Positions 32,246-42,418 of a stretch of DNA of 64,000 nt are shown piece by piece (position 1 is the stretch's first letter; every line of letters begins with the position of its first letter). The stretch is from NCBI GenBank assembly GCA_963662665.2, contig CAXXJS010000030.1:32001-96000 (forward strand). The letters run 5' to 3'. The notes under the pieces were generated by a model, which was given only the letters and a program-made list of their open reading frames with translations, made no database searches and was not told where the DNA came from. This DNA comes from Candidatus Latescibacterota bacterium (GTDB lineage Bacteria; Latescibacterota; UBA2968; GCA-2709665). The position numbers and the translations under genes were made by a program.

Positions 32246-35200
32246 TTAACTAACGACTTCCAGAAGCTCAGCGACAACCTGAAGCTTCCCCTCTTCCCTC
32301 TCTCTCAGGACGATGGGTTCGAATTCGGGATTGTTGGGACGGAGCGTAATGAGTTCGTGCCGCCAGGATTCGCCATATTGGATCTTCTCGCTGTGATAAC
32401 GCTTGATGGTGTAACGCTGGCCAGTTTCGGGATCGGTTGCGTCGCTGAGTTGCACCAGGACGGTCTTTCCCTGGCGTGTGCCTTCCACTGGAGCACGAAA
32501 TAAACCATACGCTCCGTTGGGTACCGCGGGTTCCATTGATCGTCCTACGATCTGCGCGACAAACATACCTGGCCGGAGGCGATGGCGTGAATTCACGGAT
32601 GCCCATTCGAATTCGCCGTCCTCGACGTGGTGCGGATCGCCGAATGCGCCAGCGGCCGCTTTGAGTGGAACGAACGGCACACATGAAACGTATCGTTCCT
32701 CGGGACTACCTTCAACCAGTCTGAGTGCGGCCGGGAACCCGAGATCTGTCGCTGTTTCTTCTGTTACAGCCAAGTTGGATCGCAGCCGTCCATAGGCCTC
32801 GGTGGCCATCCGATTGCGGATAGTATCCTGAAACGAGTCGTCGTTCATATATCGCTGAAAGATCGCCTCGTTTTGATCCATGCGTTCGACGAAGATCTGA
32901 TCCAGGAGACTTCTAAACACCAGTTCGAATTTGTCCTTTGGATTTACCGTTGCCGCCTGACGCATTGCGACGTCAGCCATTGCAGCCTCGACGATATGAT
33001 CGAAGAAGAGTTGATCGGCCTGGTTGAAGTCGGTCCCGAAACGCTCGTTGACGACGTCGATCAGCTGGGAGAACGGGACGGACTCTTCGTGTACTTCGCC
33101 GGTGCCGACCTCTTTCGGGCCGTCCAGGGCGTGCGCGTCCCCCTCAGCCAGTGAAATCGAGCCTTCGCTGATCTTCTGCAGCCTGTAGTATTCCAGTTGC
33201 ACGTCGTCGTCAAAATGATAGGCCGGGCCGCTCCTGCGTTTTCGTAGTTTCGGCGACAGATGTCGAAGGAACACATGCAGGCGTTCGAGGTCCGAGTCCT
33301 GATACGGAATGATCTGGCTCAAAAACCCGTAGAGGTTGCGGAACGCCTGAATCTGTCCGCGAAGGAGTTCCGCGCCGTCTTCATTTTCTTCCCACATTTC
33401 GTTAAAGAGTGTGACCGCGGGATCAAGTGCAGCATTCATATCCTTGTGGTCTTGCACGGTCTGACGCTGCCTGGGCTTGAAATATACGGCACAGAACCTT
33501 TTGATTTCCTCATCCAGATAAATACCTGACGCGTCGAGGTCCCCTTTTACTTCGTACATTCTGGCGGGATCGACTTCCTCACCCATCTCCGCGCCTTCGA
33601 AGTAGACTTTGAACGCCTCCCGGATCTCTTCCCGGTCATTGACGAAGTCCAGCACGAATGTGTCCTCTTTGAGAGGATGGGTGCGGTTCAGGCGCGAAAG
33701 CGTCTGTACGGCCTGGATGCCTGCGAGTCGCTTGTCAACGTACATCGTGTGAAGTAGCGGCTGATCGAATCCGGTCTGGTATTTCTCCGCCACCAGCAGT
33801 ACCTGGTATTCCTGTGTCGCGAACTTCTCCGGAAGTTCCGTCTCGCGAATACCTTCGTTCATCTTTACTTCGGTGAACTCGACGCCCGGAAATTTGTCGT
33901 CTTGTACGGTACCCGAGAACGCGACCAGGGTTTTGATCGGATATCGCTTCTTTTCAATGTAATCATCAAAACTCTGCTTATAACGCACAGCTTTGAGGCG
34001 TGAGTCCGTCACCACCATGGCCTTGGCCCGACCGCCGATCTTGTGTCGCGTTACGGTCTGGAAGTGTTCCACCATTACTTCGGTTTTCTGTGCGATATTG
34101 TATGGGTGCAGCTGCATAAAGCGAGCCAGCCCGCGCGCCGCCTGTTTGCGCTCCACGTTTGGATCTTCTTCGCAGGCCTTGAGAAGTTTGAAGTAGGTCG
34201 CGTAGGTCGTGTAATGCTCAAGCACGTCGAGGATGAACCCTTCCTCAATTGCCTGCCGCATCGTGTATTTGTGGAATTGCTCTCCTTCGCGGCCAAACAC
34301 GGCAAGTGTCCTGTGTTTGGGCGTTGCCGTAAACGCGAAGAAACTCAGATTTTCCTGCCTGCCGCGCTTGGCCATGCTACGGAACAATTCTTCGAGATCC
34401 TCGCTCCCCTCCTCCTCAGCGCGTCTGCGCGCCTCTTCCCGAAGATCTCCTCCACCCAGGACCTCCCGGAGATGCGTCGAAGTCTCCCCGCCCTGAGAAC
34501 TGTGGGCTTCGTCGACGATGACCGCACATCGCCGTGAAGGAAGCGTACCGGACCCGGATGCGCCTTCTTCCTCAGCCATCTTGAGCAAATGTTGTGATAC
34601 GAATGGAAATTTCTGAAGTGTGGTGATGATGATCGGGACTGCATGTTCTAGGGCTTCTGCGAGTTGCCTGGACTGTTCGTCGATCTTCTGAACCACGCCA
34701 TGCTTGTGTTCAAATTGGTAGATGGTGTCTTGCAGTTGCTGGTCCAGGACGACGCGGTCAGTCACAACGATCACGCTATCGAAAACGCGTTCATTCTTCC
34801 TGTCGTGCAGGGAAGCGAGGCGGTGCGCAAGCCAGCCGATTGTGTTGCTCTTACCGCTGCCAGCCGAGTGTTCAACAAGGTAGTTGTTCCCCACGCCCTC
34901 GTCCCGGGCCGTTTTTACCAGTTTGCGAACAGCGTCGAGTTGGTGATATCTCGGGAAAATCATCGACTCGACCTTCACCTTGTGGCCCTGGTCGTCGCGT
35001 TTTTCCTCGATCTGCAGATGGATATAGCGAGCGAGAATGTCGAGCAGACTGTCGCGTTCGAACACTTCCTCCCAGAGGTATGCCGTCCGATAGTTCCGCC
35101 CGTTCGGATCGGGCGGGTTTCCCGCCCCACCATCATTGCCTTTGTCGAATGGCAGAAATTGAGTCGCTTCCCCGGCCAGTCGAGTGGTCATGCGTACGCA

Positions 35201-35782
35201 CTCGGTGTCGACTGCGAAATGAACGAGCGAACGCCGCTTGAAATCGAAGATCGGCTCTCTGGGATCACGGTCCAGACGATACTGGCGCATTGCGTCGTCG
35301 ACCGTCTGCCCCGTCAGCGGGTTTTTGAGTTCAACCGTAGCGACTGGTATACCGTTCAGACTTAACGTTACGTCGAGTGACTTCTCCGATCGAGGTGAGT
35401 ATCGAAGTTGGCGGGTGATTCCCAGCCGGTTTGCTGCGTAGCGTGCTTCGAGTTCCGGGTTCAACTCGTGCGCCGCTTTGAAGAACGCAGGGTACAGCGT
35501 CCGCCCGTAGCACTTGAAGCCGTGTCGCATAGTAGCCAGCGAACCGTTCACGTCCATCCATTTGCAAAGGTCCGTGAAAACCTGCTCTCCAGTTCTATCT
35601 CCGTGCAGCGCTTGCAGTCTGGCCCATTCTTTGGGTTGTGTCTCGCGAATGAACGCCAGAATGACGTCAGGAAAGATCGCCCGGTCCCGGTCAAAACCTC
35701 CTGCGGCGACGGTGACGTAACCATTCGCCAATAGATGTGATTCGATGACGGTCTCGAAGGCGGCTTCACTGGTTTGGTTCAT
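32246..35782 (-). CDS. hsdR: Type I restriction endonuclease subunit R with C-terminal S24 (LexA-like) peptidase domain
   Basis: Nuclease 'LDVTL...VELKN', Walker A 'HSAGSGKS', 'DEAHSSQ', 'FTATP', 'QTGFDQP', 'QTLSRLNR'; tail 'AAAG...GRSMEP...TIKRY...LRPNNPEFEPI'. Confidence 0.93.
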   Translation of the reverse strand: MNQTSEAAFETVIESHLLANGYVTVAAGGFDRDRAIFPDVILAFIRETQPKEWARLQALHGDRTGEQVFTDLCKWMDVNGSLATMRHGFKCYGRTLYPAFFKAAHELNPELEARYAANRLGITRQLRYSPRSEKSLDVTLSLNGIPVATVELKNPLTGQTVDDAMRQYRLDRDPREPIFDFKRRSLVHFAVDTECVRMTTRLAGEATQFLPFDKGNDGGAGNPPDPNGRNYRTAYLWEEVFERDSLLDILARYIHLQIEEKRDDQGHKVKVESMIFPRYHQLDAVRKLVKTARDEGVGNNYLVEHSAGSGKSNTIGWLAHRLASLHDRKNERVFDSVIVVTDRVVLDQQLQDTIYQFEHKHGVVQKIDEQSRQLAEALEHAVPIIITTLQKFPFVSQHLLKMAEEEGASGSGTLPSRRCAVIVDEAHSSQGGETSTHLREVLGGGDLREEARRRAEEEGSEDLEELFRSMAKRGRQENLSFFAFTATPKHRTLAVFGREGEQFHKYTMRQAIEEGFILDVLEHYTTYATYFKLLKACEEDPNVERKQAARGLARFMQLHPYNIAQKTEVMVEHFQTVTRHKIGGRAKAMVVTDSRLKAVRYKQSFDDYIEKKRYPIKTLVAFSGTVQDDKFPGVEFTEVKMNEGIRETELPEKFATQEYQVLLVAEKYQTGFDQPLLHTMYVDKRLAGIQAVQTLSRLNRTHPLKEDTFVLDFVNDREEIREAFKVYFEGAEMGEEVDPARMYEVKGDLDASGIYLDEEIKRFCAVYFKPRQRQTVQDHKDMNAALDPAVTLFNEMWEENEDGAELLRGQIQAFRNLYGFLSQIIPYQDSDLERLHVFLRHLSPKLRKRRSGPAYHFDDDVQLEYYRLQKISEGSISLAEGDAHALDGPKEVGTGEVHEESVPFSQLIDVVNERFGTDFNQADQLFFDHIVEAAMADVAMRQAATVNPKDKFELVFRSLLDQIFVERMDQNEAIFQRYMNDDSFQDTIRNRMATEAYGRLRSNLAVTEETATDLGFPAALRLVEGSPEERYVSCVPFVPLKAAAGAFGDPHHVEDGEFEWASVNSRHRLRPGMFVAQIVGRSMEPAVPNGAYGLFRAPVEGTRQGKTVLVQLSDATDPETGQRYTIKRYHSEKIQYGESWRHELITLRPNNPEFEPIVLREREEGKLQVVAELLEVVS

Positions 35783-35911
35783 GTATTCTCGTAAGCATCA
35801 ATTTGGTCATTCGTGATCTTTGATTTGCATCTTGCAGAGAAACTGAGGCGGAGCTTTTGGAAAGCCATAGTATTGGTGCGACTTGGTGATCGTCAGTAGC
35901 TCCTTTACAAC

Positions 35912-37045
35912 TCATGCTGGTTCATGGTTTTTCAGATAGAGAACCCTTATCTCGCGGCCCGTGATAGCGACTTCCTCTATTTCCTCATCACAGTAAAATC
36001 TGTAACCCCCGCCGACCTCCAAACCATCTAGACTTGGCCCCCCTCCCTTAACCTTGCCCGAACGTTTTCCTTCGTTCGTGAGCAATCCCCAAGAGCCGTT
36101 TCCACGGTTAAATCTCTCGAAGGTTCCCTCCAGCGTTATTGATTCACTTCCCAGATTCGTAACACTCGAAAGCGTTTCTATCAGCTGGCTTGCCTCGGAC
36201 TGCGATACCGCGCGGCTGCTTGGGCGTTCTGATTTCGGTTCGGCCCACGAGTAGCGCAGCCCCGTTTCTCGTTCAACCAGAAAACGCAAGAGCTTCAGGT
36301 ATGTCCCTGCCAGGTGCCCACGTTGTTCCTTTACGGTGAGAAGTGTTTTCTGAGGGTTCGCAGTATCCTCAAATAACACATCGATTCGTCGCAGTGCTCT
36401 CGCAAGTTTACTGCCTCCGAAAAAATCCGCCATACTCGCGGCTTCTAGGACAATCTGAAATGATCCGGCTGCCGCTGGAATAACGACATCCATCATGTCT
36501 TCGTCCGGCTGCCGATAGCGAGGATCATCTCCCTTCATTTCTGCTTTGTAAGCGTACTTGACCATGCCCTGAACGAGATTCAACATCCCTGCGAGCGTAT
36601 TCACACGGATACGATGTTGCATCGCCGCCTCTGGTGGCTCTGCAACGACCTTAAGTACGAGGTTGTTGCGCTCCCGGGCTTCCCTGAGCACAGAATCGTC
36701 AGGAGAGCGGTCGTGTAACACAAAACCAGCATCTGGAAGAAATCCACTATCCATGAGCGTAGTAGACAGATTATTAAGCACTAGTGGATGGTCCAGGTCC
36801 GTATCTAATGTCGCCAGAAACCGTTCCTCTTCGTCCGATTTTATCAGCAATGAGCGAAGATCGACTGCGCCTGAACGGAACTCCCGCAATTGCTCGGGAG
36901 CGACACCGGCCACGAGATAACGTTCACTTAGATTATCAGACTCCACCATGACCGCAACATAGTGTCCACCGATCGCATCGTGGGCCTCGAAGACCTGGGG
37001 GCCATCGTAATAGAATAGAGTCCTGGTGTGTCGGATCTTTTTCAT
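35912..37045 (-). CDS. Uncharacterised protein, N-terminus resembling DUF6575
   Basis: 'LFYYDGPQVFEA' N-terminal motif (recalled, not searched); ATGA coupling with the upstream gene. Confidence 0.65.
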   Translation of the reverse strand: MKKIRHTRTLFYYDGPQVFEAHDAIGGHYVAVMVESDNLSERYLVAGVAPEQLREFRSGAVDLRSLLIKSDEEERFLATLDTDLDHPLVLNNLSTTLMDSGFLPDAGFVLHDRSPDDSVLREARERNNLVLKVVAEPPEAAMQHRIRVNTLAGMLNLVQGMVKYAYKAEMKGDDPRYRQPDEDMMDVVIPAAAGSFQIVLEAASMADFFGGSKLARALRRIDVLFEDTANPQKTLLTVKEQRGHLAGTYLKLLRFLVERETGLRYSWAEPKSERPSSRAVSQSEASQLIETLSSVTNLGSESITLEGTFERFNRGNGSWGLLTNEGKRSGKVKGGGPSLDGLEVGGGYRFYCDEEIEEVAITGREIRVLYLKNHEPA

Positions 37046-37419
37046 TGGGTTTCCACTACACAGTTGGCCAAGATGTCAAAATCTGCTAGCGGCCACCAGG
37101 TATGATGTGACCGGTGTCCTGTCTGTAAAATGGAGCCTGCACCCGTTTCAAGTACTACTCGGCAAATTAAACGTTCGCGTAGGCTCGGGAGCATCAACGC
37201 CTTTTGGGAATGGCTTCGTTCAGCAAAAACAGATAGTCCCCTGGCCTGGCACTCGGAGATCTTGCCGAAGTCACGGTCCGGATTTTCAGCTCGCTGGGAT
37301 GCGAAGTCCTCCTCCGTCGGTGGGCTGGTTCGCACCAAGCGAAAAACCACTCGTGTTGCTGTAATGTCTTCTGCGACATCAGGTGGGCAACCTTCAGGTA
37401 ACTGCTCTCGGTAATTCAT
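37042..37419 (-). CDS. Small protein with ADP-ribosyltransferase-like R-S-H pattern
   Basis: 'GCPP', 'VVFR', 'RGLSVF', 'HHTWW'. Confidence 0.55.
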   Translation of the reverse strand: MNYREQLPEGCPPDVAEDITATRVVFRLVRTSPPTEEDFASQRAENPDRDFGKISECQARGLSVFAERSHSQKALMLPSLRERLICRVVLETGAGSILQTGHRSHHTWWPLADFDILANCVVETQ

Positions 37420-37554
37420 AGGCTGACAGAGATTGCTTAGCTTGGTCGTTCAAGGCAATGCCGCCCTGGACGTCGAATTCTCCGGTCACCGAGGCAGTTT
37501 TGTGCGCGGAGCCGCGTTCTTTGATCAGAGGAAAAATATTGCTCGCGCTGGCTC

Positions 37555-37805
37555 GTAGCCAACAAGCCATCTGCGTCCATCCATTTGCACAGATCCGTCA
37601 AATCTTGTTCTCCCGTTCTGTCACCGTGGAACGCGTTGCGCCTAGCCCATTCCTTGGGCTGAGTCTCACGGATAAACGCAATTACGACGTCGGGCAAAAT
37701 CGCACGGTCGCGGTCGAAACCGCCTGCGGCGACGGTGAGGTAACCATTCGCCATTAGATGTGATTCAATGACCGTCTCAAAGGCAGCTTCAGTGGTTTCG
37801 CTCAC
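37555..37805 (-). pseudogene. Orphan diverged copy of the hsdR 5' end
   Basis: Colinear with 35532-35782; 68/84 aa identical by manual alignment; homology stops abruptly. Confidence 0.9.
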
Positions 37806-37865
37806 GTATCGACTCCCAAAAGGAACAGCGTCCAGTTGCGTCGTTATATCTTGAGTTTGGTTGTA

Positions 37866-39455
37866 TCAACCTTTGGACCTCTCACGTCTCCGAAGCCATT
37901 CGGAGTTATCTGTCGCTACGCGTGATAATCCTGATGCGAAGTGTTGTGCCACCCGCTGAGCGAAATCAGCTTTAAGATCTCCGATCCATTTGAATCTCAT
38001 TCCATCCGTGCACGTAAAGAAAAACTGTCCATCTGTGGCTTTCTCTGCAACTACGCACTTCTTAGAGTCATCCGGCGCAAACTTCGGCAGCAGCCATTGA
38101 GAAGGATTCGTGCATACGCTTCGACGTATATAGCCATCCTGGGCGTTTTTTACAACAACCTGAGTTTGTTTTTGCTGCGGGTTTATCAACGGTAACAAAG
38201 GGAAACACTCGTCACTTTGCAAGCGAACACTGTCACATCTCGGCCTCACACAGAGAAAGAATCCCCCTCCACCGTCGAGATTCTCTTGCTCAAGAGCAGT
38301 ACCCAATTGCAGTATGGGTGGCAGAGAATTGCTTACTGTCCGAAAGTTAAACATCCAGGCAAGCTGATGATCAAGGTCTTCCGATCCGTTTCCACTATTC
38401 GCAAATTTAGAGGATAGGGACCTGTAGTCTTGTCCGCTCAGCGAACTTAGATCTATGCCTTCCTTAAGTAGACGCAGAACATCGCTAAAGGATAGTTCCT
38501 TCTTCGGAAATTTAAATTTCATTTCTTGGCTGAAGTTCGAGTACAGCCAATCACTGACCGCATCGAGGCTCGCCGGATTCACTTCCATTATTGCGTCATC
38601 CATTATCGAATTCAACTCGCTATCAAGTAAGCTTACCATGTGCTGTTGAGAATCTTCCGGCGAGGAAAGACACGCACGATGTGCGAGGAACGCCGGATCA
38701 AGGTCTGCTGAAAAGGAATCGAGGACTCGATGTGCGTTCTCACGTACTGCTGCAAGTGATGTGAGCGCAATACTGGGCAGTAACCCCTTTGTCATATCTG
38801 CGAAGTCTTTAATGAGACGCTTCGCAATTTCACCCTCCGAAATTGCTCTATCCGTCAGCTCTGAGGGCAACAACGTCCCGGATTTCGCGTATATAACGAT
38901 ATGACAATGCCCATAGAAGAGATCGACACTCTGACCACACGGTTCAAAGTTCCAGCCTTGGTTACTCAACGCCCGCTTAATGCTCGTTTGTATTCCAATC
39001 AGGTCGTTTTCTCCGGTATAAATAGCGACCAGACGCAATCGGGCGACTTCGCTATTTTGCAGGAGGTTTTTCAACAATTTAAGGGTCCTCGCCCCATCGT
39101 CGTCGTGCAACTGCCAGTCCAATATCACAATGTCAGCCCGTCTCGCGGCTGGTAGTACACTAGCAACCAACGAATCATTTTCCCAAGGTGCCGTTACGGC
39201 GCAGATCAACCCTCGTTTGGCGAAGGTTTCTACTATCGTTCGTGCGTCCAAGCTGTGGGTAGTAGCCCTTCGTCTTGCATTTCTACCGTCAGGGACGGTT
39301 CCAACCGTGCGACGACTCGGAGTCTCCAAAGACTCGGTTGGCTTAGGCAAATCCGAAATCTGTGCTTCGTCATCCACGATTACGGCGGTAAGAAGAAATC
39401 GCTCTGCAATCTCAGCACATCGTTTCTCAAAATCGTCCATTTCAGTTGTTTCCAT
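37866..39455 (-). CDS. Response-regulator receiver domain protein with large uncharacterised C-terminus
   Basis: 'VIVDDE', 'DIVILDWQL' (phospho-acceptor Asp), 'IYTG', 'YAK'; start 39455 or 39440. Confidence 0.8.
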   Translation of the reverse strand: METTEMDDFEKRCAEIAERFLLTAVIVDDEAQISDLPKPTESLETPSRRTVGTVPDGRNARRRATTHSLDARTIVETFAKRGLICAVTAPWENDSLVASVLPAARRADIVILDWQLHDDDGARTLKLLKNLLQNSEVARLRLVAIYTGENDLIGIQTSIKRALSNQGWNFEPCGQSVDLFYGHCHIVIYAKSGTLLPSELTDRAISEGEIAKRLIKDFADMTKGLLPSIALTSLAAVRENAHRVLDSFSADLDPAFLAHRACLSSPEDSQQHMVSLLDSELNSIMDDAIMEVNPASLDAVSDWLYSNFSQEMKFKFPKKELSFSDVLRLLKEGIDLSSLSGQDYRSLSSKFANSGNGSEDLDHQLAWMFNFRTVSNSLPPILQLGTALEQENLDGGGGFFLCVRPRCDSVRLQSDECFPLLPLINPQQKQTQVVVKNAQDGYIRRSVCTNPSQWLLPKFAPDDSKKCVVAEKATDGQFFFTCTDGMRFKWIGDLKADFAQRVAQHFASGLSRVATDNSEWLRRRERSKG

Positions 39456-42417
39456 TTGACTCCTTTGGTGCAACAGACACGGGGCCAATGGCAAAGGTAG
39501 CGCCTTTCATATCGTTGGTAGATCTCAAATACAAATCGTAACCTACGCGCCGAAGCACCTCTCTGGCAATGTGCAGCCCCATTCCACGTCCTCCCGGCTT
39601 TCTCGTAAACCCTAACTCAAATATCGCATCTCGATCACTTGGATTCACACCGGGCCCTGAATCTGAAACCAAAAATGTGCCATCTGTCGCGTCAAGGACG
39701 ATCCGGCGCTCGTCCGCAGGATTGTTCTGTGAGACCCAATAGACTGCGTTGTCGATGAGATTCACGAATACCGGATAGAAGGATGAAGGGAAACCATGAA
39801 TTCTCATTCTGGAAAATGCCTTGGTTTGTTGGAATTCTATTTCGTGACCTGTGAATCTCTCCTCGAAAAGGTCATTTAAGAAGGTGTAGATATCAGAACC
39901 AGGAATATCCACTGCTTTTCTCTGAAGCCTTCGATGTAGTGGTGTAAACAGCGTCAGGTATCCGTCCAAATGATCGAAGCTTGCACGAATGTCGTTGTAA
40001 AGTTTTTGGAGATCCTTATTGATGTCTGCCCATGCTCTTAGCCGACGAAGATTATTGCGAATGGAACGAATTGTTGAATTGAACTCGTGATTAATGACCT
40101 CAACTGCCATTCCGAGTTGGGCAAGTTGCAAGTCGCCCTCAACTTCCTCCTCGAGTGAGAGGTTTCGATGTTCGATCGCAACGAGTTGATCCAATACTGA
40201 TGTCTCACCGCTTAAGTCAATAGCTTGTAATTGATCAAAAAGCGATTCAAAAAAGCTAGTTTTGTCTTCCGCAACCGCCAGAATACGCGACTCTAGATCG
40301 ACGCGGAAATCAATTAAGTCCTCATTCGAAAGCCTTGAAACATCAATCCGTTGAAATTCGCCAACGACAGAGCGTAGCGCGGTTTCCACTTCGCTCAGGT
40401 GCGAACTAGCTAATCCTCGGACCTCCTCGGCTACCTTATTCGCTTCTTGTTTTACGCTGGTTCCACCCGCTCTCGTTTTCTTTATAGCATGTCTTGAAAG
40501 CTCATCGAGCGTCGTTTCGACCTGAAGTCTCCGGTCGATGCTCACGCGAGCTTTGTCGGCTTCATCTCTAACAACATCTGAGATCAAATCTCGAGTCGGA
40601 GAAAAGACTGTCTCCGAAAGTTCGGAAAATGCCAAATTGTAGTCATTCCACTCTCTTTGCATTGCCTTGCTAAGTGCTATCCTGGGTCGTGAAATTCTAT
40701 ATCGGGATTCGATCCTTCTAAGTTCCGTTTGGGCATCCTGCTCAACATGGATGAACTCTTGCGCCGCCCTGTGAGGATCCGATATGCGGCAAGCCATCTT
40801 GAGCCTCTGTGTAACATCCTCGCTCAACTTCAGGGCTTCATCATGAGGGTTTTTAGATGACACCTGTTCAAAAAACCAGACTAAATCTTTCGACAACTTC
40901 CGTTTCTTGATGGATACGAACCGTTCACGTCGTTTTCTATCCGAATCAACTTTTGAGAGTTCCTCCTTTTTCTTTTCAAACCTTTCGCTGTGGACACCTT
41001 CCTTTCGGAAAAAATCCGCAGCCATCTGCAAAAAAAAGTGCTTCAAAATGCTTTTGAATTGTCGATAAGCCTTGTTCTCTCGGAAACCTTCTCTACCAGC
41101 TTTTTCGTTGAGTTGCTGATTGTCTCGGTTGTTTATTTCTATAACACCGAACATTTTTCGATGTGAGAAATAGTAGTAGTAAGCGCTTTTTGTTCTATGG
41201 AGTTCTATATCAAGCCAATCATAATCCGTGTCTCCATACGGTAGTATCCTTATCCCATCCCGATAGATGTACAACCCGCCAATTTTACCCATTTTTTCGG
41301 CCATTCGAGCGTGGTCTTCAGCAGGAAGTGTTGAATGTCTACTCTCTCCCTCGATCGCGGCAAAGCTAATGAAAAAGGGACCGCAGGCGGTTGTGATCCC
41401 TCCCGCACCGGTCCAGGGAATAACGTGACTCTTTACTAATTCCCCATATATTAACACGTCTCCTTTGAATTGGCCGAATTCATCGAATTTTCCTGTGACT
41501 TGATGGTCCGCGTTTTGAAATTGCTCCGGCGTAAAGAACTCGCCTTCCTCGATAAGATCGTCTACGAGGTCGTCTGTCTTGTGGTCTCTGAATGCAGTGC
41601 GTATCACGGGTGACGAATGGTCCGGCGTCATTGTATTGGAGAATCCCAACAGTGCTTTCGTCAATGGTGTTGCCTTTTGGTCCTGAGGTTCTCCGTCGAT
41701 ATCCGTGGGTAGAAGGTCCGATGCAGGAAGAATGATGAAATGTGTACCTGTTCCGCCGCCGCTTAGTGTCGGATCACCGAGATAAGAATCAATGTCCTGA
41801 GGATCGACTCGAAACCCATCGAGTTCCTGTCGAAGACGGCTATAAAATCGTCCGCCAATCTTGTCTTTGAGATGCTCGTTATTTTGGGTGAATGCAGAAA
41901 CCATCTGATACACATCATGGCCTGACGGCAACTTGCCCCCGGGAAAGGTTCGAATGGGAACCTGGATATCTTCTAGATCGATTCCAGGACATTCAAAAAG
42001 GGTCCAGTTAACGAACGCCGCGGTGAGATCGGAGAGCGTACCGCTGTTTCGGGCGCGCGTCAACACAAGTACCTGCGGGCCGATGGTTGAAATTGCCAGG
42101 CGGCCGATGCCCTTTTCGCCCAGCATTGGTCGTTTTTTCTTGCCTGGATCGTGCGGTATCGGTTCCAACCCATCAGCATTGAGTTTGCTCTCGGTCCCGA
42201 TTGTAAGCCAACGGGTAGAAAAATCGTCCCGACTCATCCCAATCCCATCGTCACGTAATACGAACAGACCGTCACTGCGGTAGTAGTCGATCTCTACGCG
42301 GTCGGCATACGCATCGTGAGCATTCTTGAACAATTCACTGATTGCTGTTGGGATTCCCGCAATCTGTTGTCGTCCAAGCATGTCAAGCGTTCGAGCTCGT
42401 GTCTTAAATGTAGCCAT
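39442..42417 (-). CDS. MORC/MutL-like GHKL ATPase fused to a C-terminal histidine kinase
   Basis: N-terminal 'ELFKNAHDA', 'DDGIGM', 'GEKGIGR'; coiled coil; C-terminal H-box 'INHEF', 'NLIDNA', 'DSGPG', 'GRGMGL'. Confidence 0.87.
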   Translation of the reverse strand: MATFKTRARTLDMLGRQQIAGIPTAISELFKNAHDAYADRVEIDYYRSDGLFVLRDDGIGMSRDDFSTRWLTIGTESKLNADGLEPIPHDPGKKKRPMLGEKGIGRLAISTIGPQVLVLTRARNSGTLSDLTAAFVNWTLFECPGIDLEDIQVPIRTFPGGKLPSGHDVYQMVSAFTQNNEHLKDKIGGRFYSRLRQELDGFRVDPQDIDSYLGDPTLSGGGTGTHFIILPASDLLPTDIDGEPQDQKATPLTKALLGFSNTMTPDHSSPVIRTAFRDHKTDDLVDDLIEEGEFFTPEQFQNADHQVTGKFDEFGQFKGDVLIYGELVKSHVIPWTGAGGITTACGPFFISFAAIEGESRHSTLPAEDHARMAEKMGKIGGLYIYRDGIRILPYGDTDYDWLDIELHRTKSAYYYYFSHRKMFGVIEINNRDNQQLNEKAGREGFRENKAYRQFKSILKHFFLQMAADFFRKEGVHSERFEKKKEELSKVDSDRKRRERFVSIKKRKLSKDLVWFFEQVSSKNPHDEALKLSEDVTQRLKMACRISDPHRAAQEFIHVEQDAQTELRRIESRYRISRPRIALSKAMQREWNDYNLAFSELSETVFSPTRDLISDVVRDEADKARVSIDRRLQVETTLDELSRHAIKKTRAGGTSVKQEANKVAEEVRGLASSHLSEVETALRSVVGEFQRIDVSRLSNEDLIDFRVDLESRILAVAEDKTSFFESLFDQLQAIDLSGETSVLDQLVAIEHRNLSLEEEVEGDLQLAQLGMAVEVINHEFNSTIRSIRNNLRRLRAWADINKDLQKLYNDIRASFDHLDGYLTLFTPLHRRLQRKAVDIPGSDIYTFLNDLFEERFTGHEIEFQQTKAFSRMRIHGFPSSFYPVFVNLIDNAVYWVSQNNPADERRIVLDATDGTFLVSDSGPGVNPSDRDAIFELGFTRKPGGRGMGLHIAREVLRRVGYDLYLRSTNDMKGATFAIGPVSVAPKESNGNN

Positions 42418-42418
42418 C

